Below, piece after piece: positions 37,698 through 47,623 of a stretch of DNA of 64,000 nt. Within the stretch, counting starts at the first letter, position 1, and every line of letters starts with the position of its first letter. Made by a program: the position numbers and the translations under genes. A model generated the notes under the pieces. That model worked only from the letters and a program-made list of their open reading frames with translations, had not been told where the DNA came from and searched no databases. The stretch spans positions 14,971 to 78,970 of the forward strand of contig CAYQVW010000004.1 of the NCBI GenBank assembly GCA_964421245.1, in the 5' to 3' direction. The DNA comes from an uncultured bacterium (lineage in GTDB: Bacteria; Margulisbacteria; WOR-1; XYC2-FULL-46-14).

Positions 37698-38305
37698 TAT
37701 CTGCTGCGCTTGTGAATTATTTCACAAGCCAAGGCATAGACTGCGGCTATCTGAAACCAATATCTTGTGGTCCAAAATCCGATAGCGATGCTGTTTTAAT
37801 TAAGAAACTTTGCGGACTAAAAGACCCTATTTTAGAGATAAATCCGATATCATTGCCATACCCTCTATCCCCTCTTGCCGCCGCAAAAAAGGCAGGAAAA
37901 AAATTCGTTAATAAAAAGATTGTGTCCCACTCTGCGGGATCCCGCAACAATAATATAATAAATATAGCAGAGGCGGGAAAAAGTTTCACAATCTTGAGCA
38001 AAAAACATGACATGCTCATAGTTGAAGGAGTCGGCGGAGCATTGGTTCCTATTACAAAAGATTATATGGTTGCTGATCTGATAAAAGACCTCAAGCTCCC
38101 TACTATTATAGTAGCAAGAGCCGGTCTTGGAACACTAAATCACACTTTACTTACAATCGAAGCTTTGCGAAAACGAAAAATTAAGATTTTGGGAATTATT
38201 ATGAATGGCTATACTGGAAAAGAACTTTCGGAAAAAGACAATGCAGAGATAATTGAAGAGATTTCTGGTGTTCCGATACTAGCTAAATTAGATTACTGCT
38301 CGTAG
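37646..38305 (+). CDS. bioD: dethiobiotin synthase
   Basis: 219 aa with FITGTDTGCGKTVVSAAL (P-loop) and VEGVGG. It overlaps bioF by 52 nt. Confidence 0.9.
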   Translation: MSSIFITGTDTGCGKTVVSAALVNYFTSQGIDCGYLKPISCGPKSDSDAVLIKKLCGLKDPILEINPISLPYPLSPLAAAKKAGKKFVNKKIVSHSAGSRNNNIINIAEAGKSFTILSKKHDMLIVEGVGGALVPITKDYMVADLIKDLKLPTIIVARAGLGTLNHTLLTIEALRKRKIKILGIIMNGYTGKELSEKDNAEIIEEISGVPILAKLDYCS

Positions 38306-41300
38306 GCCCCAATATCATCAGCACTTCCCTGCGGACGAGAGGTACCATCTAAATCAATTGAAGGTGTTCCAGTTGAAGTTCCGGCATTCTTAGTCGGACT
38401 ACTGCTCTGACAATGATAATCTCCGGTTGTCCCCCAAGCAGGAGAAACAAACTTCGGATCACCGGTAATATTACTCGAAGCAGTTGCTAAATTATTTAGA
38501 TCGGAAGCACTACTATCATCAACAGTTCTATCGGATCCTCCCACATAAATCTGATAAGTGCTTCCGTTTCTATTAAATAAATTATTTTCTATTATGTAAC
38601 CTGTGATTTGCGGGGCAAGCCAGACCAGCCCTTGAGCGTTAGAAAATATATTGTTACGCAAAGTAATATTAATATTTGTCTGTTCATCGTATTGCATATA
38701 AGAGATATATCCTTGCCTCGATGGATTTCCATGGAAAGTATTGTTCTGGATAATAAAAGTCTCTCCAGCTGGAGCACCAATTACTAATGCTGCCCAAGGA
38801 GATGCTCCACCCACCCCATCTCCGGTTCCATAAACAAGATTGTTTTCAGCCGTTGTTACTCCTGCCCATAGTTTTATCCCATCACAAGAATTATTTGCCA
38901 CAATATTCTCATGCACATGACAATTACTTAATTTAAGATCAATTCCGTCTCCCACATTATGTTCTACCAAACAATTTTTAACTTCTATTGGACCGGGACC
39001 TTCCTCCAAGCCAATCCCATCCGGTCTACCATAAGGATTAGCAGGGTTATCAATAATTCCCTGATAGTAATGTCCATTATAAGAAAGATCACAATTATCA
39101 ACAGTTATGTTTTTCCATCCACCACCCGATCCCATATCCGGACCACCAATTGCTCCAAACCCACAATACTCGATAGTAGAATCTTCTATCGTAAGCCCGT
39201 CCACATCCTGAATATTTATTCCAAACTCATCAATATGATGAATGTATAAGTCTTTTAAAATAATGTTAGTTGCAGGAGTATAAATATCTATAGCGTTTCT
39301 AAAATTAGCCAAAGAATTATTCGTAATTTCTATATTTTCCAGCGTAATATAATCGCGCCCAGAAAGATCAATCGCCCTAATTAAATTATTTGTCCCTTTT
39401 AATACCGGTCTATTACCACTCTCACCCTGAATCGTTATAGGATTTCCAGAAGTTCCCTCATTTGTTGGGGTAATAACATCATCCGGATCAGTAGATAGAA
39501 TATAAGTACCACCTAATATAACTAAAGTATCCCCTGCACTCATTAACTGCCTAGATCCATATCCCGGCGTTGCCCATGGATTAGACTGGCTTCCATCTCC
39601 GGTCAAATCATTTCCAGTAGTTGAAACATAATAGGTATCAGTTGGAGGAGCGGCCTGTCTGGTTACTGTGATTGTATACGTTGTCGCACTTCCTCCGGTT
39701 GGTGTAATAATTACAGTTATTATATTAGAAGACCCAACACTCAAAGCAATTGCAGCTGATGCATTTCCAGAAGTAACAGTCGATCCATTTACTGTTATTA
39801 CCCCTTCATCTCCAGTTGCTAATGGAGTAACTGTAATAGTTGAAACTGCATTTGCTACTGTTGCAGTGTAGCTAGTTGTACCAGAGCTAAAAGATGGAGA
39901 TAAACTTCCAGATGATAAAGTTAATCCAGAAAGTGTATAAGTTGCTGCCGCCCTGGTTACAGTAATTGTATAGGTGGTAGTATCATTCCCCTTCTTTACT
40001 ACAACCGTTATAGGAGTATCAGATCCAGCACTTAAATTAATCGGATTAGAGGCGTTGCCTGATTGAACCGTACTACCATCTACTTTGATATTGCCACCGC
40101 TACCTGTTGTTGTTGGCGCAACTGTGACACTGGCAGTAGCATATGCAACCGAAACAGCATAGTCAGTTGTATTAGTATTAAAAACCGGATTCAATGTACC
40201 AGAAGAAATAGTTAATGCAGATAGAACAAACGCCTCTTCTTCTCTGGTTACGACAATTGTATAAGTTGTCGCACTTCCTCCGGTTGGAGTAACAATTATC
40301 GTTATCGTATTTACACCAACACTCAAATTAATATTTTTTGATGCACTCCCCGAAACAACCGTTTTTCCATCAACTGTAATCGTCCCACCATCTCCTACTG
40401 CAGTCGGAGTTATGGTGATAGAATTATTCCCGTTTGCAACCGAAGCGGTATAGCTGATCGTTGCAGTATTAAAACTAGGCGATAGTGTTCCGGATGATAA
40501 GGTTAGAGAGGTTAGGTTATAAGTTGGGATCGAAGGGCTACTCTCTCTCGTTACAATTACAGTATAGGTTGTTGTCGTATTCCCTTTTTTAACTGCAATT
40601 GTAATCGTGTTAGCCCCTTCAACCAACGAAACAGGCCCTGACACGCTTCCTGACTTAACCGTCTTTCCGTTTATCTTAATATTTCCACCGGAACCGGTTG
40701 CGGTTGGAGTAACTGTAATACTCGAAACTGAACTTGTAACTGTTGCTGTATAAGAGGTTGACGCAGTATTAAAACTTGGACTTAAACTGCCCAAAGACAA
40801 ACTAAGTGCCGTTAAATTAAACGGTGGTGTCGGTGTTGGTGGCGGTGTTACTGCCTTTTCTCTGTTTATTTTAATCTGGTAAGTAGTAGTTTTGCCCTTT
40901 GGATTTTTTACAGCAACAATAATCGTATTATTTCCAGTACTAAGACTGATTGAACCAGACGGCTTTCCTGAGTTAACCACCTTGCCGTGTATTTTAATGC
41001 TCCCGCCTGATCCAGTAGCAACTGCAGTTATTGTTAGGCTCCCTATTGAATTAGTCACTGTCGAGGTATAACTTGTTTGCCCGCTCGAAAATGCAGGAGA
41101 TAACATTCCAGATGACAAACTTAAACTGGTTAAAGAATAATCCTGCGCAGCTGTTGCCGCTTGCCTGGTTACAACTATTGTATATATCTTTGTGGTACCA
41201 GAAACAGGAATTGCTGCAAGAGTCACAGTATTTGTACCAACACCTAAGCTTATGGCCAATGATGCACTGCCAGAAGTTACTGCCTTACCATTAACCTTGA

Positions 41301-41543
41301 TTGTTCCGGCAGAACTGGTGGCCACCGGAGTTACAGTAATACTTGAAACAGAGTTTGTAACCGTTGCAGTGTAGCTGGTCTTTGCTGTGCTAAATTTCGG
41401 ACTCAATGTACCAGACGATAGAGTTATTGATGAAAGATCAAAAGCAGTAGTGGCTTTGACAGTAGGTTCATTTTTTTGCCGCAACCAAAAAGCAACCCAA
41501 TACAAAGAAAAAGTAATAAAAAAATAACAAATTTATTTCTCAT
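38293..41543 (-). CDS. surface lipoprotein: seven cadherin-like beta-sandwich repeats plus a right-handed beta-helix; frame interrupted at an A7 tract just after the lipobox
   Basis: The main ORF (38293-41505) lacks a signal peptide. The ATG at 41543 encodes MRNKFVIFLLLFLCIGLLFGCGKK in another frame. One extra A in the A7 run (plus-strand T7 at 41471-41477) would fuse it to NEPTVKATT... The C-terminus ends in the DIGAYE motif common to beta-helix proteins. Confidence 0.75.
39655..41455 (-). repeat. seven tandem cadherin-like domain repeats of about 95-100 aa (approximate bounds)
   Basis: The recurrent pattern is LSSLTLSSGTLSPSFN..TTSYTATV.....SITVTPTA.G.GG.IKVNGKTV.SG..S..I.L..G.NTITI.V......TTTYTI.VTR. 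Confidence 0.7.
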
Positions 41544-43311
41544 AAGCACCAATATCATCTGCACTTCCCTGCGGACGAGAGACTCCGTTCAAATCAATTG
41601 ATGGAGCACCACTTGATGTCCCAGCATTAATAGCTGGCGATGTAGCCTGAAGAGTATAATCCCCATTTGATCCACCCCAAACAGGATTTACAAATTTCGG
41701 ATCACCGGTAATATTTTCCGAACAGTTTGAAAGTGCGTTTAATTCAGCAACCGTGTATCCAGTCCCACCAATACTAACCTGGTCCGTATTACTATCTCGA
41801 TTAAGAAGATTATTGCTAAATTGTGGAGTTATGTTTGCTGACATCCAGATCTCACCATCCGAGTCAGAGAATATATTGTTTTTCATAACGAGTGTAATTG
41901 GGGTACTTCTGTACGGTTCATCATATTGCGCAATCATGGCATAGGCAGACCGCGTTCCAACATCGTGGATAGTATTGTTAATAAATTGGATGGTGGTTCC
42001 AGAATCGTCACAAGCAACAACCAAAGCGTCCCAGCCATTTGCTGCCCCATCCCCTGTTCCGTAAACTAAACAATTCTCAACCTTGCTGCTATGCCCCCAA
42101 ATCTTTATTCCATTGGCAGTGTTGTTGCGTACTATATTATTCGTAACAGTTGCATTGTCTAATTTTAAATCTATTCCATCCCCATAATTGTGCTCAACTA
42201 AACAATCATTTACTGTTATCGGCCCATCCCCTTCTTCCAAACCAATCCCATCTGGTCGGTCATAGGCAGATCGAGAATCATCTCCACCTTGATAATAGTG
42301 GCCATTATAAGAAAGATCACAACCATCAATTACAATAGTTTTCCAACCACCACCAGATCCTGCATCTGGAGCTCCGATCGCACCGTAGCCACAATATTCA
42401 ATTGTACAATCTTCGATCGTCAACGTATCAATGTCTTGAAAGTTAATACCAAACTGATCAAAATGATGAATATAAAGATCTTTTAGAACAATATTGGTTG
42501 AGGGTGATCCAGCAATAGTGATACAGTCTCTTACATAAACTTCTGTTCCCGAAGCGGTTGAATCACGGGAAAACTCAATATTCTCAATTCTAATATAATT
42601 TAAGCCGGCCAAATCAACCATATTCCCTAATCCGCCACTAGATTGTGAGGCGGCAGTGTTTCTTGCAGCCAGTTTTGGACGATTTCCAATCTCTCCTCGA
42701 ATAATTATTGGAGCAGTTGCTGTTCCTGAATTTGCAGGAATTATTCTGTCGTTATTATAGTCAGTAACTCTATAGGTCCCTCCAAGAATTATAAGGGTGT
42801 CGCCAGCACTTAGTTGTCTTGATCCATATCCAGGAGTTGCAAAGGCATTAGAGGTACTTGTTCCACTGTTTGAATCACTCCCAGAGGTAGAAACATAGTA
42901 AGTATTCCCAGAATTTGCCCGGGTTATATTGACAGTATAGGTTTCTGGAGTTGTTGATCCAGAGGAATAAGCTTTTATTGTAATAGTGTTTAATCCAATT
43001 GAAAGAGTAATCGATCCAGAGGTTGATCCGGACGAGACAGTTGTCCCATTAACCTTAATTGTCCCCGAACCAACAGGAGTAACAGTAACACTACTAGTTG
43101 AATTTGAAACCGAAGCGCTATAATTTGCAACCGAGGTAGAAAAGCTAGGAGATAATGTTCCAGATGATAATGTTATCGATGAGAGAGTTGTGTTGTTTGT
43201 AGTTGTTCCATTATTATTGTTAGAAGTAGTGCTACTCTGACGACCGCAACCAAATAAAGAAATTACTAATAGAAATACAAACAAAAAACAGGCTATTTTC
43301 TTAAGATACAT
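41533..43311 (-). CDS. surface lipoprotein paralog: one cadherin-like repeat plus a right-handed beta-helix
   Basis: MYLKKIACFLFVFLLVISLFGCGRQ is a lipobox signal. I prefer the ATG at 43311 over the track start at 43407. The C-terminal 450 aa or so are colinear with the downstream paralog (TYYVSTSGSD ... ATPGYGSRQLSAGDTLIILGGTY ... DIGAYEK). Confidence 0.8.
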   Translation of the reverse strand: MYLKKIACFLFVFLLVISLFGCGRQSSTTSNNNNGTTTNNTTLSSITLSSGTLSPSFSTSVANYSASVSNSTSSVTVTPVGSGTIKVNGTTVSSGSTSGSITLSIGLNTITIKAYSSGSTTPETYTVNITRANSGNTYYVSTSGSDSNSGTSTSNAFATPGYGSRQLSAGDTLIILGGTYRVTDYNNDRIIPANSGTATAPIIIRGEIGNRPKLAARNTAASQSSGGLGNMVDLAGLNYIRIENIEFSRDSTASGTEVYVRDCITIAGSPSTNIVLKDLYIHHFDQFGINFQDIDTLTIEDCTIEYCGYGAIGAPDAGSGGGWKTIVIDGCDLSYNGHYYQGGDDSRSAYDRPDGIGLEEGDGPITVNDCLVEHNYGDGIDLKLDNATVTNNIVRNNTANGIKIWGHSSKVENCLVYGTGDGAANGWDALVVACDDSGTTIQFINNTIHDVGTRSAYAMIAQYDEPYRSTPITLVMKNNIFSDSDGEIWMSANITPQFSNNLLNRDSNTDQVSIGGTGYTVAELNALSNCSENITGDPKFVNPVWGGSNGDYTLQATSPAINAGTSSGAPSIDLNGVSRPQGSADDIGAYEK

Positions 43312-43370
43312 AGTTAAATTATAACATGAAAAAATGTGAAATTTTTTAAATTGAATAACGATAAATATAC

Positions 43371-44012
43371 ATGACAATTGAAAGAATACAAGTTCTAAAC
43401 ACAACAAATAGATTTAGCTATATAGGACGAGGCTCCGCTCCCAAATTGGTAAATGTCCACCTAGAACAGGGCTGCCAAATACTAAGAGTCCCCACAAGAA
43501 GTGTTATAAAAAATCTTACTTTAAGGGGAGGGGCTTCTTCTCTATCCCCCTGGGGTGGATTAAGAGGGGCTGTATTAAAACTAGATCCAGGACGAAAAAA
43601 TCCAATTCATATTGATGGAAAAGGATTTGTGATCCCCACAGCTCACACACTAATGGACCGGGGAGCTCTGGAAATTGTAAGAAGAAAAAAGAATGGCGGA
43701 AGGCTTATTCCCCACCAAGTAATTGATAATATTGCATCAGAAAGATTATACCTAGTCCACTCCAGTTGCTGTCATCCAGATGAACTATTTTTAGAAATGG
43801 GAAAATATCCTCGAGCAGAATTCAAAAAAGGAGCTCTTCCTTTGGTTGATGGATACAGCTTGATGCACTTGATGACCATTGAAGATGTTTTATATATAGA
43901 TGAAAGACTTCTAGATCCGACAAGAGATAAAGACGCTCGAACCCCCCCTCGTCGCATAGAAGCTATTATGGTTCAACTAAGAGAAGGTGGACATCTGGTT
44001 ATGAGACCATAA
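43371..44012 (+). CDS. hypothetical protein (213 aa orphan)
   Basis: ORF between the adhesin pair and bioA. No family recognised. It shares a 15-nt 5' flank with the 472-aa orphan. Confidence 0.5.
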   Translation: MTIERIQVLNTTNRFSYIGRGSAPKLVNVHLEQGCQILRVPTRSVIKNLTLRGGASSLSPWGGLRGAVLKLDPGRKNPIHIDGKGFVIPTAHTLMDRGALEIVRRKKNGGRLIPHQVIDNIASERLYLVHSSCCHPDELFLEMGKYPRAEFKKGALPLVDGYSLMHLMTIEDVLYIDERLLDPTRDKDARTPPRRIEAIMVQLREGGHLVMRP

Positions 44013-44025
44013 TCCCAGACTTTCT

Positions 44026-44034
44026 TGTTATAAT
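44026..44034 (+). promoter_or_regulatory. extended -10 (TGTTATAAT) ending 6 nt before the bioA ATG; candidate leaderless
   Basis: cttGTTATAATataaacATG, with no SD. Confidence 0.5.
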
Positions 44035-44040
44035 ATAAAC

Positions 44041-45285
44041 ATGCAAAATACCGACAAAAAATACCTCTGGCACCCATTTACCCAAATGAAAGATTGGGTT
44101 GAGAATGAGCAACTTGTTATCGAAAAGGGGAAAGGCTCTTACCTTTTCGACACCAAAGGAAATAAATATTTAGACGGTGTTTCATCTCTTTGGGTTACCG
44201 TTCACGGACACAGAAAAAAAGAGATCGATGCTGCCATCAAAAAACAAATCGATAAAATATCCCACTCTACCCTGCTCGGCTTAGGCAGTGTTCCATCAAT
44301 TGAACTGGCTAAAGAATTGGTAAAAATCACCCCTAAGAGGCTAAACAAAGTCTTCTACTCTGATAATGGATCAACTGCGGTTGAGGTTGCACTGAAGATC
44401 GCGTATCAATATTGGAGGCAAGGGGCAAAGAAAAAATTTCTAACACTCAAAAATGCATATCATGGAGATACAATTGGGTCGGTATCAGTCGGTGGGATTG
44501 ATTTGTTTCATAAAGTCTATGGGCCACTGATTCACAAAGCTATTCAGGTAAATCCTGACGCAAAAGAAGTTGAGAAAGTTCTAAAAAAACAACACAAAGA
44601 GATTGCTGCAATGATAATTGAGCCAATGGTTCAAGGTGCAGCTGGAATGCTACTGCAACCAAAGGGATTTTTGAAAACCGTTCGCAAACTTTGTACAAAA
44701 TATAATGTATTACTAATCTGTGACGAAGTTGCAACCGGATTTGGTCGTACCGGAAAGATGTTTGCCTGTGAACATGAAAATATTAGCCCAGACATAATGT
44801 GTTTGGCAAAAGGAATAACTGGTGGATATCTCCCTATTGCTGCAACGCTAACTAGCGACAAAATATATAAAGCATTTCTTGGAAAACATGAAGAGATGAA
44901 AACATTTTTCCACGGACACACTTATACCGGAAATCCATTAGGCTGTGCTGCTGCCCTAGCAAACTTAGAAATATTTAAAAAAGAAAAGACTATTCAAAAA
45001 CTTCAGCCAAAGATTAAATTTCTCAGAAAGGAACTGCAAAAATTCTATAATATTCCCATTGTAAAAGAAATTAGACAGTGCGGAATGATGGTTGGGATAG
45101 AATTGCAGGGATTTTCATATAAAAACAGAATTGGACATAAGGTTATTCTCGAAGCCAGAAAAAGAGGATTAATTATTCGACCGCTTGGAAATGTAATTGT
45201 TCTGATGCCACCGCTATCCGTTTCGATGAAAGAGTTGGATAAAATTTTAAAAACAACCTATAAATCTATCTCTGCATCAATCTAA
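44041..45285 (+). CDS. bioA: adenosylmethionine-8-amino-7-oxononanoate aminotransferase
   Basis: 414 aa class III aminotransferase with YLWHPFTQM, SLWVTVHGH, DEVATGFGRTGKMFA and LAKGITGGYLP (PLP Lys). Confidence 0.92.
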   Translation: MQNTDKKYLWHPFTQMKDWVENEQLVIEKGKGSYLFDTKGNKYLDGVSSLWVTVHGHRKKEIDAAIKKQIDKISHSTLLGLGSVPSIELAKELVKITPKRLNKVFYSDNGSTAVEVALKIAYQYWRQGAKKKFLTLKNAYHGDTIGSVSVGGIDLFHKVYGPLIHKAIQVNPDAKEVEKVLKKQHKEIAAMIIEPMVQGAAGMLLQPKGFLKTVRKLCTKYNVLLICDEVATGFGRTGKMFACEHENISPDIMCLAKGITGGYLPIAATLTSDKIYKAFLGKHEEMKTFFHGHTYTGNPLGCAAALANLEIFKKEKTIQKLQPKIKFLRKELQKFYNIPIVKEIRQCGMMVGIELQGFSYKNRIGHKVILEARKRGLIIRPLGNVIVLMPPLSVSMKELDKILKTTYKSISASI

Positions 45286-46306
45286 AAAGAAGTTTTGTAA
45301 TAATATTTCTCTTAACATATATAGCATGTTCCGGACACATCTCGGCACAGCAGAAACAGCGGATGCATTTATCATAATTAAATCTAGGGAAACCGAAACG
45401 TTTATACGAGATCGCCTTTGATTTACAAACCTGTCCACAAATCTTACAACCGGCACATTGTTTCTTCCTTACAACTGGCTTTTCGGCTAAGACTGTGCGA
45501 ATAAACTTTTTAATGACCGACGGAACCAAAGAAAAATCATCCGGCAGCTGCTTAATAAATTTAAAATCGGTCTTTTTTATCTCATCAATTAAAGCTTGGT
45601 CAACCGCTTCTGCATCTGCCGAAGCTGCAACCAAACCAATAAATTTTGGATCTCCCGCCATCGGTCCCTGGTCCCCCTCCATCCCAATAACCGCATCAAT
45701 TATATTTAAAGTAGGCTTAACAACTTCTAAAAGATCTAAAAGCATTAAATTAAAATCTGCTTTAGTTGGAACCTTTACATGATATTCGGCTTTTAATAAT
45801 CCGGGAACACATCCAAACATATTTTTAACCGCACAGGTTATTCCAGTCAATCCGTGAGTTTTGAATTTTGGAAGATTAATAATAACATCGACATCTAAAA
45901 CCGGCTTTGCAATATTAAAAGATTTAAAGCGCCTGCCATTTGGATTATTAACAACCACCGACTCACCAAAATCAATAAAAGGAATCCCCTCTTCTTCACA
46001 AATCTTTAAAAATCCACAAACTTTTGCTGTCTTCTGAGAATTGCCAAAACCAGGACTATCTCCAACATACGGATTCGCCCCAATCTCCTTAACTAATTTA
46101 ATAACTGCTCGCACAAACTCAGGATGCGTGGTTACCGCTTTATCTGGATGATATGCACCAAGCATATTTACTTTTAGGAGAACTTTTTGGTTAGACTTTA
46201 CAAAAGAAGACAAGCCACCTATTTCATCTAAAGACTTGCGCATAGAGGAAAGAAGTTCTTTTAGTTGATAGGTTGAACATTTATTAATAGAAACCTTCTC
46301 TGTCAT
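45266..46306 (-). CDS. DUF362 domain protein with a C-terminal 2x[4Fe-4S] ferredoxin domain
   Basis: Typical DUF362 N-terminal blocks (KVLLKVNMLGAYHPDKAVTTHPEFV, GDSPG), plus CAGCKICGQVC and CIRCFCCAEMCP. I prefer the ATG at 46306, since the track start would run through the hrcA promoter/CIRCE. Confidence 0.8.
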   Translation of the reverse strand: MTEKVSINKCSTYQLKELLSSMRKSLDEIGGLSSFVKSNQKVLLKVNMLGAYHPDKAVTTHPEFVRAVIKLVKEIGANPYVGDSPGFGNSQKTAKVCGFLKICEEEGIPFIDFGESVVVNNPNGRRFKSFNIAKPVLDVDVIINLPKFKTHGLTGITCAVKNMFGCVPGLLKAEYHVKVPTKADFNLMLLDLLEVVKPTLNIIDAVIGMEGDQGPMAGDPKFIGLVAASADAEAVDQALIDEIKKTDFKFIKQLPDDFSLVPSVIKKFIRTVLAEKPVVRKKQCAGCKICGQVCKSKAISYKRFGFPRFNYDKCIRCFCCAEMCPEHAIYVKRNIITKLLFRLMQR

Positions 46307-46312
46307 ACAACT

Positions 46313-46320
46313 ATTATAAC
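46313..46320 (-). promoter_or_regulatory. GTTATAAT box 6 nt upstream of the DUF362 ATG; candidate leaderless
   Basis: On the minus strand: tcaatGTTATAATagttgtATG. Confidence 0.45.
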
Positions 46321-46321
46321 A

Positions 46322-46351
46322 TTGACATAAACTAAAAAACCATGCTACAAT
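46322..46351 (+). promoter_or_regulatory. sigma70-like promoter of the hrcA-grpE-dnaK-dnaJ operon (TTGACA-18-TACAAT)
   Basis: TTGACA at 46322-27 and TACAAT at 46346-51, immediately followed by CIRCE. Confidence 0.65.
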
Positions 46352-46377
46352 TAGCACTCAGGAGACGAGAGTGCTAA
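46351..46377 (+). promoter_or_regulatory. CIRCE operator (HrcA binding site)
   Basis: TTAGCACTC-aggagacga-GAGTGCTAA is a perfect match to the consensus TTAGCACTC-N9-GAGTGCTAA. Confidence 0.95.
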
Positions 46378-47072
46378 ATAAAAGAAAAAATCGCATACTA
46401 AAAGCAATCATAGATGACTACATAGATACTGCTATTCCGGTAGGATCACGTACTATATATAAGGAATATATCCAGGACTTCTCCCCTGCCACAATAAGAA
46501 ACGAGATGGCAGATCTTGAGGAAGAGGGATTAATCGAACAACCACACACTTCTGCCGGCAGAATTCCAACCGATACCGGATATCGTCATTTTGTAGACAA
46601 TATCATGAAGAAAAAACATCTTTCTATTAAAGAAAAAGAACTTATTAAAAAGATTGCTTATAACGTTAAGCAAGACTTTGATGAAGCCCATGACGCAATT
46701 TCAGATATGTTCTCGGAACTGTTAGATTACCTGACAGTAGTCGTTTCTCACAAAAAGAAAAAACCAAGCGTCTCCTACTCTGGAATGTCTCATATGATCA
46801 GACAACCAGAGTTTAAAGACATTGAAAAGACCAGAAAAATCATCGAACTCATAGAACATAAAGAATCCTTAACCCATGTACTCGATGATTATGCCAAAGA
46901 AGAGGAAGAAATTAATGTAAAAATTGGATCAGAAAACAAGACCAAAGAGTTTAAAGACTATTCAGTTATTGTAACTAATATTGGAAACATCGAGGTTGGG
47001 ATAATTGGGCCAACCCGCATGTCATATTCTAGAATAACTGCGCTCTTTGATTTTTTAAATCAAGAATTTTAA
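46371..47072 (+). CDS. hrcA: heat-inducible transcription repressor HrcA (compact, 233 aa)
   Basis: N-terminal wHTH (RKNRILKAIIDDYIDTAIPVGSRTI ... SPATIRNEMADLEEEGLIEQPHTSAGRIPT). C-terminal IIGPTRMSYSRI. The GTG start lies inside the right CIRCE arm. Confidence 0.88.
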   Translation: MLNKRKNRILKAIIDDYIDTAIPVGSRTIYKEYIQDFSPATIRNEMADLEEEGLIEQPHTSAGRIPTDTGYRHFVDNIMKKKHLSIKEKELIKKIAYNVKQDFDEAHDAISDMFSELLDYLTVVVSHKKKKPSVSYSGMSHMIRQPEFKDIEKTRKIIELIEHKESLTHVLDDYAKEEEEINVKIGSENKTKEFKDYSVIVTNIGNIEVGIIGPTRMSYSRITALFDFLNQEF

Positions 47073-47084
47073 AACGGGGGATTC

Positions 47085-47567
47085 ATGTCAAAAAAGCATA
47101 AAAAGCCAAAAGAGATTAATATTGAAGAATTAAAAAAACAGGCTAAACCCATTGACCATAAAGAAGTTGCAAAACATAAAGACCAATTACTAAGAACAAT
47201 GGCCGACTTTGAAAATTATAAAAAAAGGATGCAAAACGAAAAAGCAGCCTTGGCAAAGTTCGCAAATGAAACACTTCTTTCAGAAATGCTCCCAATCTTA
47301 GATAATTTTGGCAGAGCATTAGAGCATACTGAAATAAAAGAAGGACTATTACTGGTAAAAAAACAGATGGAAGATGTCTTCAAGAAGTTTGGAGTAAAAG
47401 AAGTAGAAACAGAAGGGAAGATCTTTGATCCCCACTTTCATGAAGCAGTCCAAAAAATAGATTCTAACAAACCAGAGAATGAAATAGTTGAGGTAATGCA
47501 AAAAGGTTATATTTTAAACGGAAGGTTGATTCGGCCGGCGATGGTTATTATATCAAAAGGGAAATAA
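47085..47567 (+). CDS. grpE: nucleotide exchange factor GrpE
   Basis: 160 aa with LLRTMADFENYKKR, LPILDNFGRAL and PHFHEAV. Confidence 0.92.
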   Translation: MSKKHKKPKEINIEELKKQAKPIDHKEVAKHKDQLLRTMADFENYKKRMQNEKAALAKFANETLLSEMLPILDNFGRALEHTEIKEGLLLVKKQMEDVFKKFGVKEVETEGKIFDPHFHEAVQKIDSNKPENEIVEVMQKGYILNGRLIRPAMVIISKGK

Positions 47568-47623
47568 TGTAGGGGGCAGGTCGCAACCTGCCCGTACAGG
47601 AAATTAAAAAGGGGGAATAAGAA

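Noticed and set aside
43312-43407. N-terminal extensions proposed by the ORF track (also 13177-13242, 24874-24915, 46307-46357, 30277-30291 and 31850-31873)
   Set aside because: The extensions run through promoters, hairpins or upstream genes and precede obvious signal peptides or conserved N-termini. Internal ATG starts fit better.
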